Positions 42,939 through 58,030 of a stretch of DNA of 64,000 nt are shown one piece after another. The translations under genes and the position numbers were made by a program. Each line of letters begins with the position of its first letter. Within the stretch, counting starts at the first letter, position 1. Under the pieces are notes generated by a model that worked only from the letters and a program-made list of their open reading frames with translations, ran no database searches and had not been told where the DNA came from. This DNA comes from Octopus sinensis (lineage: Eukaryota), in assembly GCF_006345805.1 (NCBI RefSeq), contig NC_043000.1, forward strand, positions 53,072,001 to 53,136,000, read 5' to 3'.

Positions 42939-43739
42939 TTTCAATTTTTCTATATATAAATATATACATGTATATGTGTGCGCACATAACGGAGTATATT
43001 TGTTTATATATAAGGATGCAAATAAAGAGGTATATACTACACACATTTACATACATGCACATAAATATGTATGATCTGAATTGATGCGGTTTATCAATGT
43101 ACAAATATAGAGGGAAAATAATAAGAAGGCAATTTATTGTAGATATTCTTGTAATGTTATTTCGAATATTTCTTTGGTTTTGACTCATACATTTATCATC
43201 CAGAAACATGAATTCTTGAATTCCGTAATAAATTCTGGTCTAACGGTTTCGATTTTACATTCATACAAATATCTGACTGTTATACTATGTTGGTATTACT
43301 ATGCATCTCTTTCGCTCTTGTAGAAATAGTTTAGTTAGCGTCGGTTAATCAATAATATTTGACTATGTATTTATGTGGATATCCGCTAAAATGTAAAATT
43401 CGATACATTCATATACTAAATAGATCCTCCAAGTGTGAGCTTTGGATTTAAATAGATTGATTTCCACAATCCAAATCATTGAATACATCACTGAACCTAT
43501 AAGGAGAATTTCATATTCCAGGCTTAAATCATTTTTGCTCGTTGAATACATTTAGAAAATATTCTATAAATATTAAAACCACGTTGAACGTAAGGTTTAT
43601 AATATATATGTAACAAAATTGGTTTACAAGTATTAGATTACTGCAAGCACTGAGTTTGAATCACCTGGAATATATTGACGAAGACAAACAATATTTCTGG
43701 AGCATAGCATAAAATATGTATTACTAATGACGGCTCGAT

Positions 43740-44250
43740 CGACTTGTGGTGTACGTTTGGTGAAAAAAGATTACAGACCTAGATTTTGCAGATGACGCAG
43801 TTACTCTTGTTGAGTCTCAGGATGTATTAAGGTGTGTTCTACTTTCATTGAATGAGGAACCGGAATTACTTGACCTTAGAGTCTCTTGGGTCAATACAAA
43901 GATTCTGACCTTCTTTGGCTTAGCTGAAACCACTTCGTCTGTCTCTGTTGCGGCTGAGGATGTCAAAGTTGTTACCTGAAGTTATGCCGTGAGTGTGATC
44001 CATAGAGGCATTATCTAAGAGTCTGAGGTCATAAAAAGACTTGTACTAGCTGGCACATTTGTGTGCTCATTGGCCCAAGGTGTTTAGCGCAAGCTATATC
44101 TGTGCATGAGCATAAAGGTTCGAATTTTTAGGTCTCTGGGTCTCCTTGTCCTGCTCTGTTGTCTTGGAACTTCGACACTGTCCAGGTCCTTTTGGAGCAA
44201 CCTGTACTAATTTGGCACCAAGACCTTCTCAGTCGGGTATCGTATCAAAC
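43740..44250 (+). mobile_element. RTE-clade LINE RT fragment
   Basis: ITDLDFADDAVTLVES...LNEEPELLDLRVSWVNTKIL and later KVRIFRSL; FADD RT motif. Confidence 0.8.
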
Positions 44251-44329
44251 CAGTGACTCAAAAGGACGCTGCTTGACGTGTCAACCAGGAGGACACGGGA
44301 TTACACCGACGAATAAAGAGATAAGGAGA

Positions 44330-44700
44330 TTAAGCCTCACCATAGAAATGTACTACAAAATAAACGACGTAACAACAGTAACAACATACCAACAAGAGGT
44401 AAGACACAACAGTAACTGCATCCCAGTAACAAGTAAAAGCAAAACCTTTGACCTTCCTGTGGATATATTTTGAGTTACCCATAACACACTCACAAGCAAA
44501 AACGCAAACCAGAGTAAATGGGATGACTTAGATAAACTAAAAGATAATGAAGAAATAACAATTATAGAAGTTGATATAGTGGTCGACACAGAATATTATA
44601 ATATAAATTATAAGAAGATTCAACAGTACAATCAACATTGAAAATAACTCAGAAACCTTGCGCATGTCCACTATAGCAACGAATCGTTGATATCTGCTGT
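44330..44700 (+). mobile_element. PLE RT N-terminal fragment, decayed
   Basis: LDKLKDNEEITIIEVD..VVDTEYY resembles the PLE pattern L..L....I.I..ADKG..VV.D...Y. Confidence 0.45.
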
Positions 44701-45249
44701 TAGACACTTAATAGACGACATGAATAAGAGCACATGATCAAAGCATTTATTAGTTTCAGAAGCCGTACCGAGGCTTATGACGAATGTATACGTAAGAATA
44801 TGTATAATAGAATGCATAAAAATATATTATTCCTTTTGAAAAACTAGTTTTCATATAGCTGACGTACCCTATATATATACCAACCCTCACAAATCTGGTT
44901 GACACAGAAATGAACCAGCACTATGAACTTAAAAGTTCATCTTAGAGGCTTGTATATTTGGTAATGCGTATGTTATGTACTTTACTACAATACGAAAATT
45001 AGGATCAGTGATGTCCTAAAAATGATGTAATATCTGAAATATTATTTGGAACATCAGCTCTAGTCTGTACATTGAATCACCAGACATACATTGTTAATAT
45101 GTAATACATTGTAGAATATGCGCGATTTCATATAACTATGCCAATGTATCTACACCCACACGCACGTATATATATATATATATGTATGTATATGTATAAT
45201 GCTTGCGTGAGTATCGAGTGTCTGTGTATACATACATACATACATAAAA

Positions 45250-45280
<31 letters not shown>

Positions 45281-46244
45281 ATATATATATATATATACGT
45301 TTGTATGTATATGTATGTATGTATATATGTATGCATGTAAGTATGTATGTATATGGAAATGTCGCCGATAAAGTATTTATGATAATGGGGAGGATGTTTA
45401 AAGATGATAATAATGATAATGATGACTATGGTGAGGAGGCAGTGGTGGAAGTGATTAGAGCAATTGATCAAGATCGAGAGTTATAGTTGTTTATAATGCA
45501 TAATTTGTTTGACTTGGAATAGTCTGAGTTCAAAAGAAATCGGTTACCATAATTGAATTTTGTTACATATCTGAAAGTTGAATTCGCTTAAATGAAAATA
45601 AATCAACCACATATTTAACTGCATCGTCCGATATATAAAACTTTATTTAAGAGACGGCTTCATGAGACCAGTCGGAATCATTTAGATCATTCAAGTGGAT
45701 AAATGGATAAAGCTATAATATAATTATCAGTCAGGAATGCGAGTGTTCTCAACATTTTCACACATAAATGGTTTTTACGTCCATATTACATGAAAAAGTT
45801 TCAACTGTTATAAGTAGATTTACTAATATAGTGTTCGGGTAAAATCATAGCATCGTATGAATTATCATTTTCTATTTATTTGGTATATACTACAGCAGGT
45901 ACTGATGTGTATTATTGCTATTGTATGGATGTCACGGAATAATTTTAATAACAAATTTGAATCTCTGAAAAGGAAAGAGAACTTCTGCAAAGTTCAGAAA
46001 GCAAAGCATATTGCTAGTAAATAGAGACACTTAACTTAAAACGTGAACGTTTTTAGACATTGCGATCGTGATTAGCAATACAACACGGATTTCATTTACA
46101 TAATAGGTATATTCTGAATTGATTACTTTCGTTCTTGGCGGTTCTTTCAATTCCTATATTTCTATAAATAAATTCTGATACACTGTGTAGTGTATACAAG
46201 TAAAGTACAAAGATTTATTTTCGTACATTATATACTCTTTCTAC

Positions 46245-46425
46245 TACAGGCACAATGCTTCAAATATTCGTGGAGGTTGTAGTCGATTGTATCGTCCCAT
46301 ATTTCTTCGACCCCTCAAAAGATCAGAGGCAAAGTCCCCCTGACTGGTTTCTTACTAACAACGTAAATATCTGGAAGACTGCCACAAAGTATCTTGTCCA
46401 ATGCGCTAAAGGTTCTGCGATATCA
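46245..46425 (-). mobile_element. Decayed SINE family A copy
   Basis: ggcacaatgc...gtagtcgattgtatcg...tcgacccctcaaaagat.agaggcaaagtc. Confidence 0.5.
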
Positions 46426-47439
46426 CCTATCATATATAAAAATATAACATATCGTTTTCTTACCCATGCGCCCGACTACATATTTACAAAATTACCGTGA
46501 TACTAAGAAAGTGTGCAATTGCTTCTGCCATTTCACTAAGTAAATGTTCTTTTTAATCTATCATTTATAACGTTATTAATTTCGGAGTTAAGCAAGTATC
46601 CTAATAACAGTTACTTTTCTCATTTAACTGAATTGGAAAAATAACATCCAACTTCTAAGTTAAAACTCAATACAACTTCTATCAGATTCATTTTATATTA
46701 TGTTTGAATTTACTTGATAAGGATTTTATAATTTTCTAGAAAGTTATCAACGGTTGTCCAAATTTCATACATTTATGTGCTCAAACTTACTAATATTGTT
46801 GATCAGCTCATTTGCTCATGTTTCTATCAGCTCATTATTCATTTATGAAACTTAAACTTCCATGTGCTAATGATCATAGCTGAGAATGTTCAAGTTTATA
46901 ATAGTTCCGTTACATGTTGATATTATGTGTTTATTGAGTCGTGGAAGCTTTTAATACTGTTCATCATAAATAACCTTGGAAGGATTTAAAGAATGCGGCG
47001 TTTACTCTACAGTCTCGCCGATTCACATTCCAGATTTATTCAGATGGAAATTAAGATATAATAATTGTGAGCCACTCAAAACACTCAGTTACGTTAATTT
47101 TCAGGGATTGTTTTGTAGAAGTCTACTACAATCACATTAGCTACTTTAGGGATCGGATAAACACAGTCAGTTCTTTTGAATATTCTGAAACATATGGTGT
47201 TTGTTTCATAGGGAATATTCTGTAATTGAAATCATGAAGCTTAGGTATTCAGAAACCACCAACAGAGAAATAGCAAAATACAATTGGTAGAGTTATTTGA
47301 GTGCGTCATTCCTTCGAGAGAGAATTATTTAGAGTTCAAACCCCACCGAGACTAAGCTTATTTTTATCCCTCCTGTGTTAGTAAATAGAGTACCAGTCAA
47401 GAATTATGGCTAATACAGTTCTATATTTAATAGATGAGG

Positions 47440-47620
47440 AATTATGCACATTATTATGCGGTATACGGATGTCCTAAAACATACCTTAGGAATGAGAACC
47501 CAGGTTCGAAATTTCCCCAAGTTACCTGATGAGGGCTGCAGGGTATATCAGCCGTAACTTTGTGTTAAAAACAAACAAGATGAGGAGAAATATCCGTCAA
47601 ATGTAAATAATGTAAATAAT
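47440..47620 (+). mobile_element. Second copy of the hammerhead-containing short repeat, with a mutated core
   Basis: CTGATGA at 47526-47532 and stem II ggctg/cagcc, but GTAAC replaces GAAAC. Homologous to the reverse complement of 37430-37570. 47440-47480 resembles a short inverted piece of its own 3' end. Confidence 0.65.
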
Positions 47621-48557
47621 GAAGAATTATGGCTGTTTCTTATTTTTTCTCTTGGAAATCACATCCAAAAAGTTAAGAAAGTGATCAACCACATGCATTA
47701 CCGCCAACACTATCCTCCGAAAATATTATCCTTAACAAGAAAGAAGTGAAATGACTCAGGTATTTAAGTCATCCGGAGCATTTACTCATTGTCACAAAAC
47801 TTTTGTTGCTTCTGTTACCCGCGATCAGTCTTATGGACAAAGGTATTCCAGCTAAAACTATATTGCATTAATTTATCTTAAATAGCGTATCGAGGACTAT
47901 GATTCCAATGTGGAATCTTTCGTAAGATGGTAACTTGAAGTTCAATGTTGATTTGTGTATCGTTTCTAATAGTTCAAGAGATGAAATAAATGTTTCATTG
48001 CTAACTTAGGGAAATGTTTGCTTTGCAGTTAATAATGATTGATTCTAATTAGGAAATAATACTGATATTTATTTAATCGATTGCTGTACTGATATGCTCT
48101 TGTTAATGATACATTCTCGTAATACAATTAATTGTTTTAATCATCATCAGGCTCTAAATGAACGAAGAATTGACATTCCCTTGTGAAGTACAATCATCTT
48201 TTTTACCCTTCAATTCCCATCTAATGCAATTAAAATCGTTAATTCTTTAATGAGGAATCTTGGCTATATCTATTTTGCACTTATTTAGGGTCTTTATCTT
48301 ATAATTAACCAATGAAACTATAGCGTGAGCATATAGTATTTAGATAATGTAACAATAGGAGACATGTTAAGAAAGTATTAAGCACATGAATTACAGGATC
48401 TTATCAAAATAATTTATCCAGAATTAAATCCTTTGAAATTTTCTATTTGCGGTAACTGTGAATGAGAAAACTGGGAATTAATAAAAATCATATCCGTTAG
48501 AGAGCTACCTGTTTTTCTTAAAAGGCAGTACGAAACAAATGGAAACATCGGATTATA

Positions 48558-49454
48558 CGACGTGTTATCAATAGGTTCACGGACTAGTTAAGTCTAACAA
48601 AAACTAACTTATTTAACTATGATTTACTATCATCTCATTCGAAGTAGTCACCTTGCGCAGCAATAGACTTGTCACATTTGGAATCTGGTCTGGGAGTCTT
48701 TTTCCGTAAACGCGTCGAAGATCTTCTGCGATTCGATCTGGATCTCGAAAACGGTGTTAAAACAGGGACATTTGAGCTGTATTTTAATCTTGGGGAAGAC
48801 ATGAAATTCGCAGGTGCTACATGTGGAGAGTAGTGTCGGTGCAGAAACGATGTAATATCGTTTTTTGCAAGTTTACAAATTTTAGTTCACAAATTAATCA
48901 CAAGTGAAGAAATCTCGATGAAAAATCCAATTCTTCATGCTCCACAGATCCAGTTGGTTTCGCTGAATAATCTCCCTCAATCACTTCAAAATGTCGCTGT
49001 AGAACTCTCGATTGACGGCCTAACGTTGGGGGACGATTTCTCGATGCACAATACCACATTACCGAGGGAGACCATTGTAGCAAATCTTCTAGATCGCTCA
49101 TTGTCTTGCAGGAACATTCTTCCGCTTTTTAAACACTCGTTTCACTCGAAACATTACGCACGACCCATTACCTTATCACCGTAAACTTTCCGAAGCATGC
49201 TCAATGTTCTGTAGCAGACATCCCAAGTTTAACGCAAGATTTCACGTTAGCTCTTTCTTCCTGTCCATGATAAAATCGCAAACTACAGCGTACACGAAAA
49301 CACAAATTTGACAACTTGCAAAGTAAACACAGCAATGTCACTTGGTTCACTGCCTCATGAGTGTCCCTGCTAGGTCTCACCGCACACGCAACCCTGTGCT
49401 TCCACCTCTTAGCACGCTACAGAAATACTCCAGAAACTTTTTGATACTACCTTG
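48558..49454 (-). mobile_element. Internally deleted mariner element
   Basis: Degenerate TIRs TA-cgacgtgttatcaataggttc and gaaactttttgatactaccttg-TA. Minus-strand N-terminal remnant EERANVKSCVKLGMSATE and C-terminal remnant YSPHVAPANF. Confidence 0.8.
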
Positions 49455-50001
49455 TATAGTCAGCTCCCATTTGTTTCCATCCCTTTATTCAGTGTAATTT
49501 CTGACATTAATTTGTGAACTAAAATCGTCGCCCTGAATTGACACTTGAAACATGCCCCTGATCTCCACTAAATCTTCAAATACTACAGGGACATTTTTAA
49601 AATCATTATGTATTACAACTATTCAAGCACTAAAACAATCTGGGAACCTATTGAGCTAATGTGCGGTCAGTTAGTTATAGCAGGTTACCCTCACTTCATA
49701 TTATATTTCCATTTAAAATTGTTGTGCCATATTTCTCATTGATCTTCTCAAAATATTGTGTCAGAAAATATAGAAGTCCAATTGAAATACTGCTCACTTA
49801 GGTTTACATATTATCATCGAAATCACGAACCCCAGCAATTCTCTGTTTTAGGCAGAACAACAAGCGTTGGATGTGTGCTTATGCAATATTTCTCCATAAC
49901 TGCTGTAGTATGCGTTGCTCCATAGTAACCGATTATACTATTTCTGTACTGACAAATTAGGTAAAGGATGTGCGGTGATTGGTAGGGCTACTTTTCGTGT
50001 G

Positions 50002-50043
<42 letters not shown>

Positions 50044-50954
50044 AACTTCTGAGATTTCTTTAATGCTATTGTCTACACGTATATTTTACAATATCTAAAT
50101 CACATATAATTATAGGTACAGTTACTGATTTCAGTCCCTACGTTCGGATTATTTCAATTCACACATCTTCGAGAGATAAATTATCACTTGTTGCGATTGA
50201 TATATCGATGAGGATGCATTATTCTAGGTTGTCCGTCATAAGCATATATTTTGACTAGTTTTTGACTAGCTATTATCACCCTCTCTGTATCTATTGTCAT
50301 ATACTAGAGTTTAGTTGTTTTCTCATTTTCTAAGACCTTTTTCCGGACTGTGCTACTGACATTCCATAGTGTTGGCACATATTCCGATGTATTTATTTTT
50401 GCTAATCACCTGAAAGCTTTCTGTATGCGTCCGTTAGTGAAATCATGAAGGTATCTGCTGATTAGGATACAACATAATACCCTATAGCAACAAAGCACCA
50501 CCAGCAGACTGAAATATTATATCAGTAGTAGTCAAAAGTAGCAGGAGATACGGTAACTGCTGCTATAAAAAATTCTAACCCAAGCAGCGATAGACGTTAC
50601 ATGGCAACAACAACAAAAACAAGAAAAACAGCAACATCAATGACGAGAGCAACAACAACAGAATGCGCAATAGCAAGAGGTATTACATCGTCAAAGCTAC
50701 AGAAGCTCCAACAGCAACTCAACACCATACGACATACACTTCATCCTTCAGATCCCTTAGATGTGCACTGCAAATATGTCGTTAGAAAGGGAAATAGAAA
50801 ACTGTCCTCGGGAGAAAAAGAAGGGAGTTAAGGAAAATGAAAACCAATATTGTGTTCTGACAAAGGCTGAGAATGTAGAAGACTTGAAAGGAGTATAGTA
50901 CTATAAAGAACTAAACTACTAACACGCCCAGGAACATTATCAACACAGCAAAGA

Positions 50955-50971
50955 TAACAACAACAACAATG

Positions 50972-51016
<45 letters not shown>

Positions 51017-51017
51017 T

Positions 51018-51051
<34 letters not shown>

Positions 51052-51052
51052 G

Positions 51053-51105
<53 letters not shown>

Positions 51106-51396
51106 TATAATAATAGTAATGATAATAATAATGTTCCTAAAAATGATAATAATTATAGTGCCATTGTTACCAAGTGAATGTTATTTCGACATCTTGTGTG
51201 TCTTCCACAGTTTCAAAAAATAAACTTGTCAATGTACTTCATTTTGGTAATATTTATTGAATTGAGGTTACTCTTTCAAAAATGTCGAAATGCCGAAAAA
51301 TCGTTCACTTGGTAACAATGGCACTCTTCCTTTTTTGCTTCTATATTTTCAGGAGGAGTAACCTCAATCCTATAAATATCGATAATAATAATGATA

Positions 51397-51447
<51 letters not shown>

Positions 51448-51572
51448 TAATATAATAATAATGATAATAACAATAATAATAATAATAATGATAATAATAA
51501 TAATAATAAATAATAATAATAATAATAATGATAATAATAATAATAATGATAATAACAATAATAATAATAATG

Positions 51573-51638
<66 letters not shown>

Positions 51639-51665
51639 GTAATAATAATAATAAATAATAATAAT
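50955..51665. repeat. (CAA)/(CTA)/(AAT)n microsatellite cluster
   Basis: Direct reading; tracts at ~50955-51135 and ~51383-51665. Confidence 0.95.
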
Positions 51666-51666
51666 A

Positions 51667-52380
<714 letters not shown>

Positions 52381-52407
52381 TAATAAAAATAATAATAATA
52401 ATAATAT

Positions 52408-53235
52408 ATGGCTTCTGGATTAAAAATGAGAAACAGTAGGGTTTATCATAGCAACACAAGATCAATGTTTACCTACAAGAAACTACTAGGCCTACATATT
52501 AAAGAACGGCAGCTTCCCAACATATGGTGTATGTCAATAACAAAATGAAACCATTGATGATGTCTCCATGTGCAATCTTCTTGCGCCTACAGAGTATCTC
52601 AACGGGCATGATAGAGCTGCACAATATATTCACTGGGTAATTTGCAAAAACCTGGACATGCCCCATGATAAAAACTGGTGGAAACACAAACCACCTCCAG
52701 TGCTTGAAAATGATCACATCTCACTCCTCTGGAACTTGACCGTTCAAACTGACAGAACGTGAAAGACTTCAGACAAAAATCATGCCACCTCATTGATATG
52801 ACTATCCCAATCGATATAAACGTATCTGTCAAGACCAACCAAAAACAGAAAGTATAAAGATCTTGAAATAGACATTAACAAAATGTGGAACGTGGAGTCT
52901 AAAATAAAAACCTGTTGTCATAGGTGCCATAGGAATGTTAGCAAAAGGAACTGATTGCTACCTAGCTCAGGTACTAGGAAACCCCAAAGTGGCAGATATT
53001 CAAAAGATAGTGATCTTACTTAAAATACTGTCTATGTAGTCTCAAATATTAAAACAAACACATGATTTTCTTATGGTTTCGTAAACATTCTCTAGAACAA
53101 CACTATGTGCAAAACCAAATATATGGCACCCTAGGCATAACACCAACATGAACTTCTAACTTGTCTCTTGAGGTCTGAAGTTGAGACTTGGGCTCAACAA
53201 ATGCAAGCAAATGTCAAACAAAATAATAATGATAA
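52408..53235 (+). mobile_element. R4/Dong-like RLE LINE 3' end (family 2), decayed
   Basis: GFIIATQDQCLPTRNY...LAPTEYLNGHDRAAQYIHWVICKN...LLWNLTVQTDRT...VVIGAIGM; different 3' UTR; bounded by AAT repeats. Confidence 0.85.
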
Positions 53236-53256
53236 ATAATATACTACTACTACTAT

Positions 53257-53322
<66 letters not shown>

Positions 53323-53361
53323 CGCTGCTGCTGCTACTACTACTACTACTACTACTACTAC

Positions 53362-53401
<40 letters not shown>

Positions 53402-53419
53402 CAACAATAATAATAATAA

Positions 53420-54315
53420 AAACAAACAAGCTGATGTCGACCAGAAACACGCACCAATGGTTAGGAAGCTCAGGGCTAAAAGCAGAGAGTGAAGGTTTCA
53501 TATTAGCTGCTCAAGACCAAAGCTTATTAACCCGGAACTACCAAGTCAATATGATGAAAAATGGTGCTGACCCAAAATGCCGATTCTGTAACGGTGAGAT
53601 TGAAACAATAGACCACCTAATCTCAGGGTGTAGAGTCTTAGCACCTGCAGAATATAAAGCAAGACATGACAGAGTCGGCCAGTATTTACATTGGACAATA
53701 TGTCGGCATTATAAAATCAAAACCGCTGACAAATGGTATTAAACATCATCCTGAAGCTGTAACTGAGGGAGAAAATGTGTCGATTCTATGGGACTTCCCC
53801 GTACAGACCGACAGGACTATAAAAGCTAATAAATGGGATATTGTTATAAAAGATCAGACAAAAAGGATGTGTTTATTAATTGACATGAGTATTCCCTGTG
53901 ATCACAATATAGCGGCGAAAGAATTTGACAAGATTAGTAAATATAAAGACCTGCTAATAGAAATTGAAAAAATGTGGCATCTCAAGGTGACTACAGTACC
54001 AGTGATTGTAGGATCTCTAGGAATGATAAAAAAAAGGTACTGAAATCTATTTGAAAATGATTCCAGGCTTACCATCCCTACAGGAAGTGCAGAAAATCGT
54101 ATTAACTGGAACGGCTCATGTACTGAGAAGAGCACTATCGCTGTGAAAATAACATCCATCCATGAATTTATTTATTTATTAATTTTTAAATACACCTTTT
54201 TTCTGTGAATTTGCGCGTGTAATCTGGGAATGCATGCAATGCCCTTCTCTGCCCTAGGTGTATGGAAAACACGCGGCGAGAAACGGAAGAAAATTTGAAG
54301 AAAGAAGGAAAAAAC
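53420..54315 (+). mobile_element. R4/Dong-like RLE LINE 3' end (family 3)
   Basis: AAQDQSLLTRNY, CCHC finger CRFC..ETIDHLISGC, RHDRV, ILWDFPVQTDRTIKANKWDIVI...LIDMSIP...KYKDL...PVIVGSLG; frameshifts present; third distinct 3' UTR. Confidence 0.9.
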
Positions 54316-54331
54316 ATAATAATAATAATAA

Positions 54332-54361
<30 letters not shown>

Positions 54362-54365
<4 letters not shown>

Positions 54366-54892
54366 GCCCTGGTGCAGTACCAGGCAGTGGCTTTGATGGC
54401 TGCTGATCTTAACTGATTGGAAGTGTTATCATGCACAATGTTTTGTCATGGTTTAAAAGATGGGTTATAGCAAATTTTCTACTCCATTCCACAGATTTGC
54501 TTTTCACGCATTTCAACTTAACCAGTGGCTGATCATAAGTGAATCTCTGATCACGAGCAGAAGTTGCGGGAGAGTACCATAGCTATGTATTGTGAGGAAT
54601 TCTTTGGGGTTTGGATAATTCACCTCTGGGAACATGGATGTTTCGTTCCCCATCCTTCAACAACCCTTATTCAGGGACATTTTGAGCGAAATGGGTTACT
54701 CGACCTGAAAAACTGGTTCCCAACTGCAAGATTATGCGCTGTTAATCTTGATATGAGACCACCATGTCGTGCACATACGGTTGTCATGATTGTACCTGGT
54801 GTAACCTTATCAGATGGGTAGCCATGAAAGGTATACTGGGCCTCGTGTAATTTACCCCTGTGTCACTTTGATAGCATGCACGGTTCTCTCAC

Positions 54893-54893
<1 letters not shown>
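54362..54893. mobile_element. Non-coding interspersed repeat inserted in (AAT)n (LINE 3' UTR or SINE-like)
   Basis: ~530-bp block of higher GC bounded precisely by (AAT)n on both sides, with no credible ORF. Family identity is inferred from context. Confidence 0.55.
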
Positions 54894-54958
<65 letters not shown>

Positions 54959-55269
54959 CAGAAGTCAAACCAATCTTAACTCCAAACAAGAACAATAGTA
55001 ATCATTTTTCGGCTACTGTTACGTACAGTAAAATGATTGATGAACTATAACGTCTACTCAAATCATTGCGTACAAATACCTCTTTATACTGACAGTTAAC
55101 ATTCCAACACAAAAATCTTAAATGTAATACAACACATTTACAACAGACTAAAGACAAAATATCTCGATGGAATAGGAGGCCTCCTAAGGAACGAGAAACA
55201 AAAGGATTTATAAAAGTTTACTGGTAGAAACATCTAAACTTCAAGTGGAATTTCGGATCGTCCGTCCAT

Positions 55270-55800
55270 TCACAGGAATAAGGTTAGTAATCCTTCTCAC
55301 TTTACTCACATACCTCAAATATGGCCTTGCAGAGAATAGGCCGTGTGAATGCACATAAAATGAGGTTACCAGGACAAGCATCATCGTGCTCAACGACTTC
55401 GGTTCACTGGGGATAAGTGTAGTAGCCCGGAATTAAATGAGTATATCTAAAGCACGAGAATGTGAACCAGCTTCAAGTGAAAGCTTTAAGGATATTGACG
55501 TGAAGTAGAATTAGGAGTGGAAGTTGCGATGTTGTTTTGGAAACGGTTGAATCTTGCAAAAGCTAAAGGATAAAACGATAGTGCTGGACATGACAAGCGA
55601 CGAATGTTATCTCTACAGAAACGTGTCCTAAAATGGTCAGCATGACCAGAAATTTTTAGGTGAATAGGTAGTTTCGTGGGAAAGGCTCGCTCTTAAGTGC
55701 TAGTTGGAGATAGGAATGATGGAGGAGTGTTATGATCACAGTCCACGTGAATGTTACCGGCACTGAGCTTCCGTCTATAAATTTGGGAGGGATATGTGAA
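55270..55800 (-). mobile_element. Possible old CR1/L2-type LINE endonuclease remnant
   Basis: GC-shifted block with only faint APE-like translation (HLIPGYY). Confidence 0.25.
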
Positions 55801-57699
55801 ACAGGATGCTTTGATATAACGAACACTCAATTTTTTACCACTTAATGACCACTCAAATGTTTCTCTATTTTTTACTTCCTTTAAAAAATGTTACTTTGAG
55901 ATTTTCTTTTTTTAGCTACATGTTTATAAGTAAACTAGCATGTTACACAGCTTTCAGAATTTGAGAATTATTTTAACTACCCCTCCTTATTTTCGACTAT
56001 ATATAAACCAGTGCTATATGAACACCTCTGAAATCGTGAAACACGATACATTTCCTATTACTTGTCAATAATTTTATTTGTATAGCAACATTTTCAAATA
56101 AAACTTCAAAATACTACAACTCGAAGGAAAAGCGTAAAAGAGCGATAAGTATAGTAAACACTTTATAAACATGTAGCGCCCATGGGCATGCTACTGATAT
56201 TGAATTCAAGAAAGTGGTCTAGGCTTCAGGAAAGTCGATGGATAAAATTGTCGTCTAGCAAATAGGCTGAAATTTGTCACAGCCTTAGTGTATCAATGTC
56301 CAGAGATGCAAGATTCTCATGACAGATATGGTAACAGACTGATGGAGGATAAACGTCTGTTTGTGCGTCACTGGTTTGCTTCTTGGTGATCGATACGCTT
56401 GATAAAATTAAACTTCTAGACTGAAGATGCAAACTGTAATTTTATGGTAACACCTATTTGTAGTTTAAATCAATATCAGGTGAGCTTTGAGAATTGTCAT
56501 GCTGAGTAATGATACTAAGAATCCATTGGATTTCTTCATGATTTTAGAACTGTGGTTTAACTCGAGAGCTTGCTCAATGATTTTCAAATTATATTCGTTT
56601 CATGACAATAGCAATTATTTGAATAGTATATAATTTTTCATCCTTGTTATGCTATATTTTGAATACATTCAATATAGTTGTTTATGGAAATCCATATGCA
56701 ATTGTTTTCTGGACTGGAAATCGTCAAAATCGTCTATGACTAATGTGATAAGATTGAATCTTCAGAAAGGTAGCGCTGAGCCTCCTTTAAATGTCATTAT
56801 CCTATACCTATTAATAACTTCAAAACTTTTTTTGTTTATATATTCTCTGTGTTCATATAAGTTGCGCAATTTTCATATAATTTGCGCAATTTTAAATCAA
56901 TGGCTCCAATGATATCAATGTCTGTTAATTATATATATATATTTCAAATGCTGTAGCATATTTATTGGAATGATCATTAAAACTACATCAGAAGAGATAT
57001 TATCTCTTCAACAGGAACATATTCCAGTATATTTATTGCAAATTAGAATCGATGTTATAATATAAATTAATGTGCAGTTTATTATTTAAAATTTAGACCT
57101 CAGTCTTATGCTTTTGCACGATGAGTATTTGTTTAAAATCCTAATTTGCTTGATAAGGCTGCTTGTTAGTATCCCTTGGTAATAAGATGAGATGTAGTAT
57201 TGCCAGAAAGTCTGAGTTGAGTTACAGTCTCAATAATATATTTGACGAAGTGTTATATATTTTAATATGTTGCCGATGCATATGCAACATTCATTCATAA
57301 GAACGAACCGGGGTACAACAGATTTAATTTGATTTATCTTGTATATGCCAATTGTAATTTGAAATGAATAATGGGTGATATATAGAATTACAATGACATT
57401 AGAATATGATGCTTATAGCGACTTCGTTTAGATCTCGGCGCCATTGTACCTACAACATATTTCAGTGGAATGTATTTGTGGACTGGAATAGATATAAGGA
57501 ATTCAATTACTCATTCGGTGTTTCTAGATTCAAAAGAATTACAAGGTTTCTCAAACTATGGAGCTAAATCTAATTGCACTCTAAATCGCGAATAATGGAT
57601 ACCTCGTAGAGGGATCCAATCAAGAACATGGTAGTTTTGAACGGAACTTTTTACTGATATGGCACTAATTACGTACGCACGCATATATATCTTTTATCT

Positions 57700-58030
57700 T
57701 GTTATACTTGTTTCAGTCATTAGACCGCGACTTTTCAGTGCACCAGGTTGAGGAATTTTAAGTCTAAGAAATGGATCTCAGTATTTGTTTTTAAGCCTAG
57801 TACTTCTTGTATCAGACTCGTTTGCCAACCCGCTAGGTTAAGGTGATAAACAAAACAACACCGCCTGTCAAGCGATAGTGAGGGAGAAACACAGACACAA
57901 GCATATACGATGGGCTTCTTTTATTTTCTGTCTACTAAATTTACTCACATGCGTTTAGTCGACCCCAATCTATAGTAGAAGACACTTGTTCAAGTCGCCA
58001 CGCGTGGAGACGGAAGCCGGAGCCATGCTC
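57700..58030 (-). mobile_element. SINE family B copy, near full length
   Basis: Homologous to 20925-21075 (aagcctagtactt...ccgctaggtta...acaccg.ctgtcaagcga...acacagacaca), with a tRNA-like head remnant at the right end. Confidence 0.65.
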
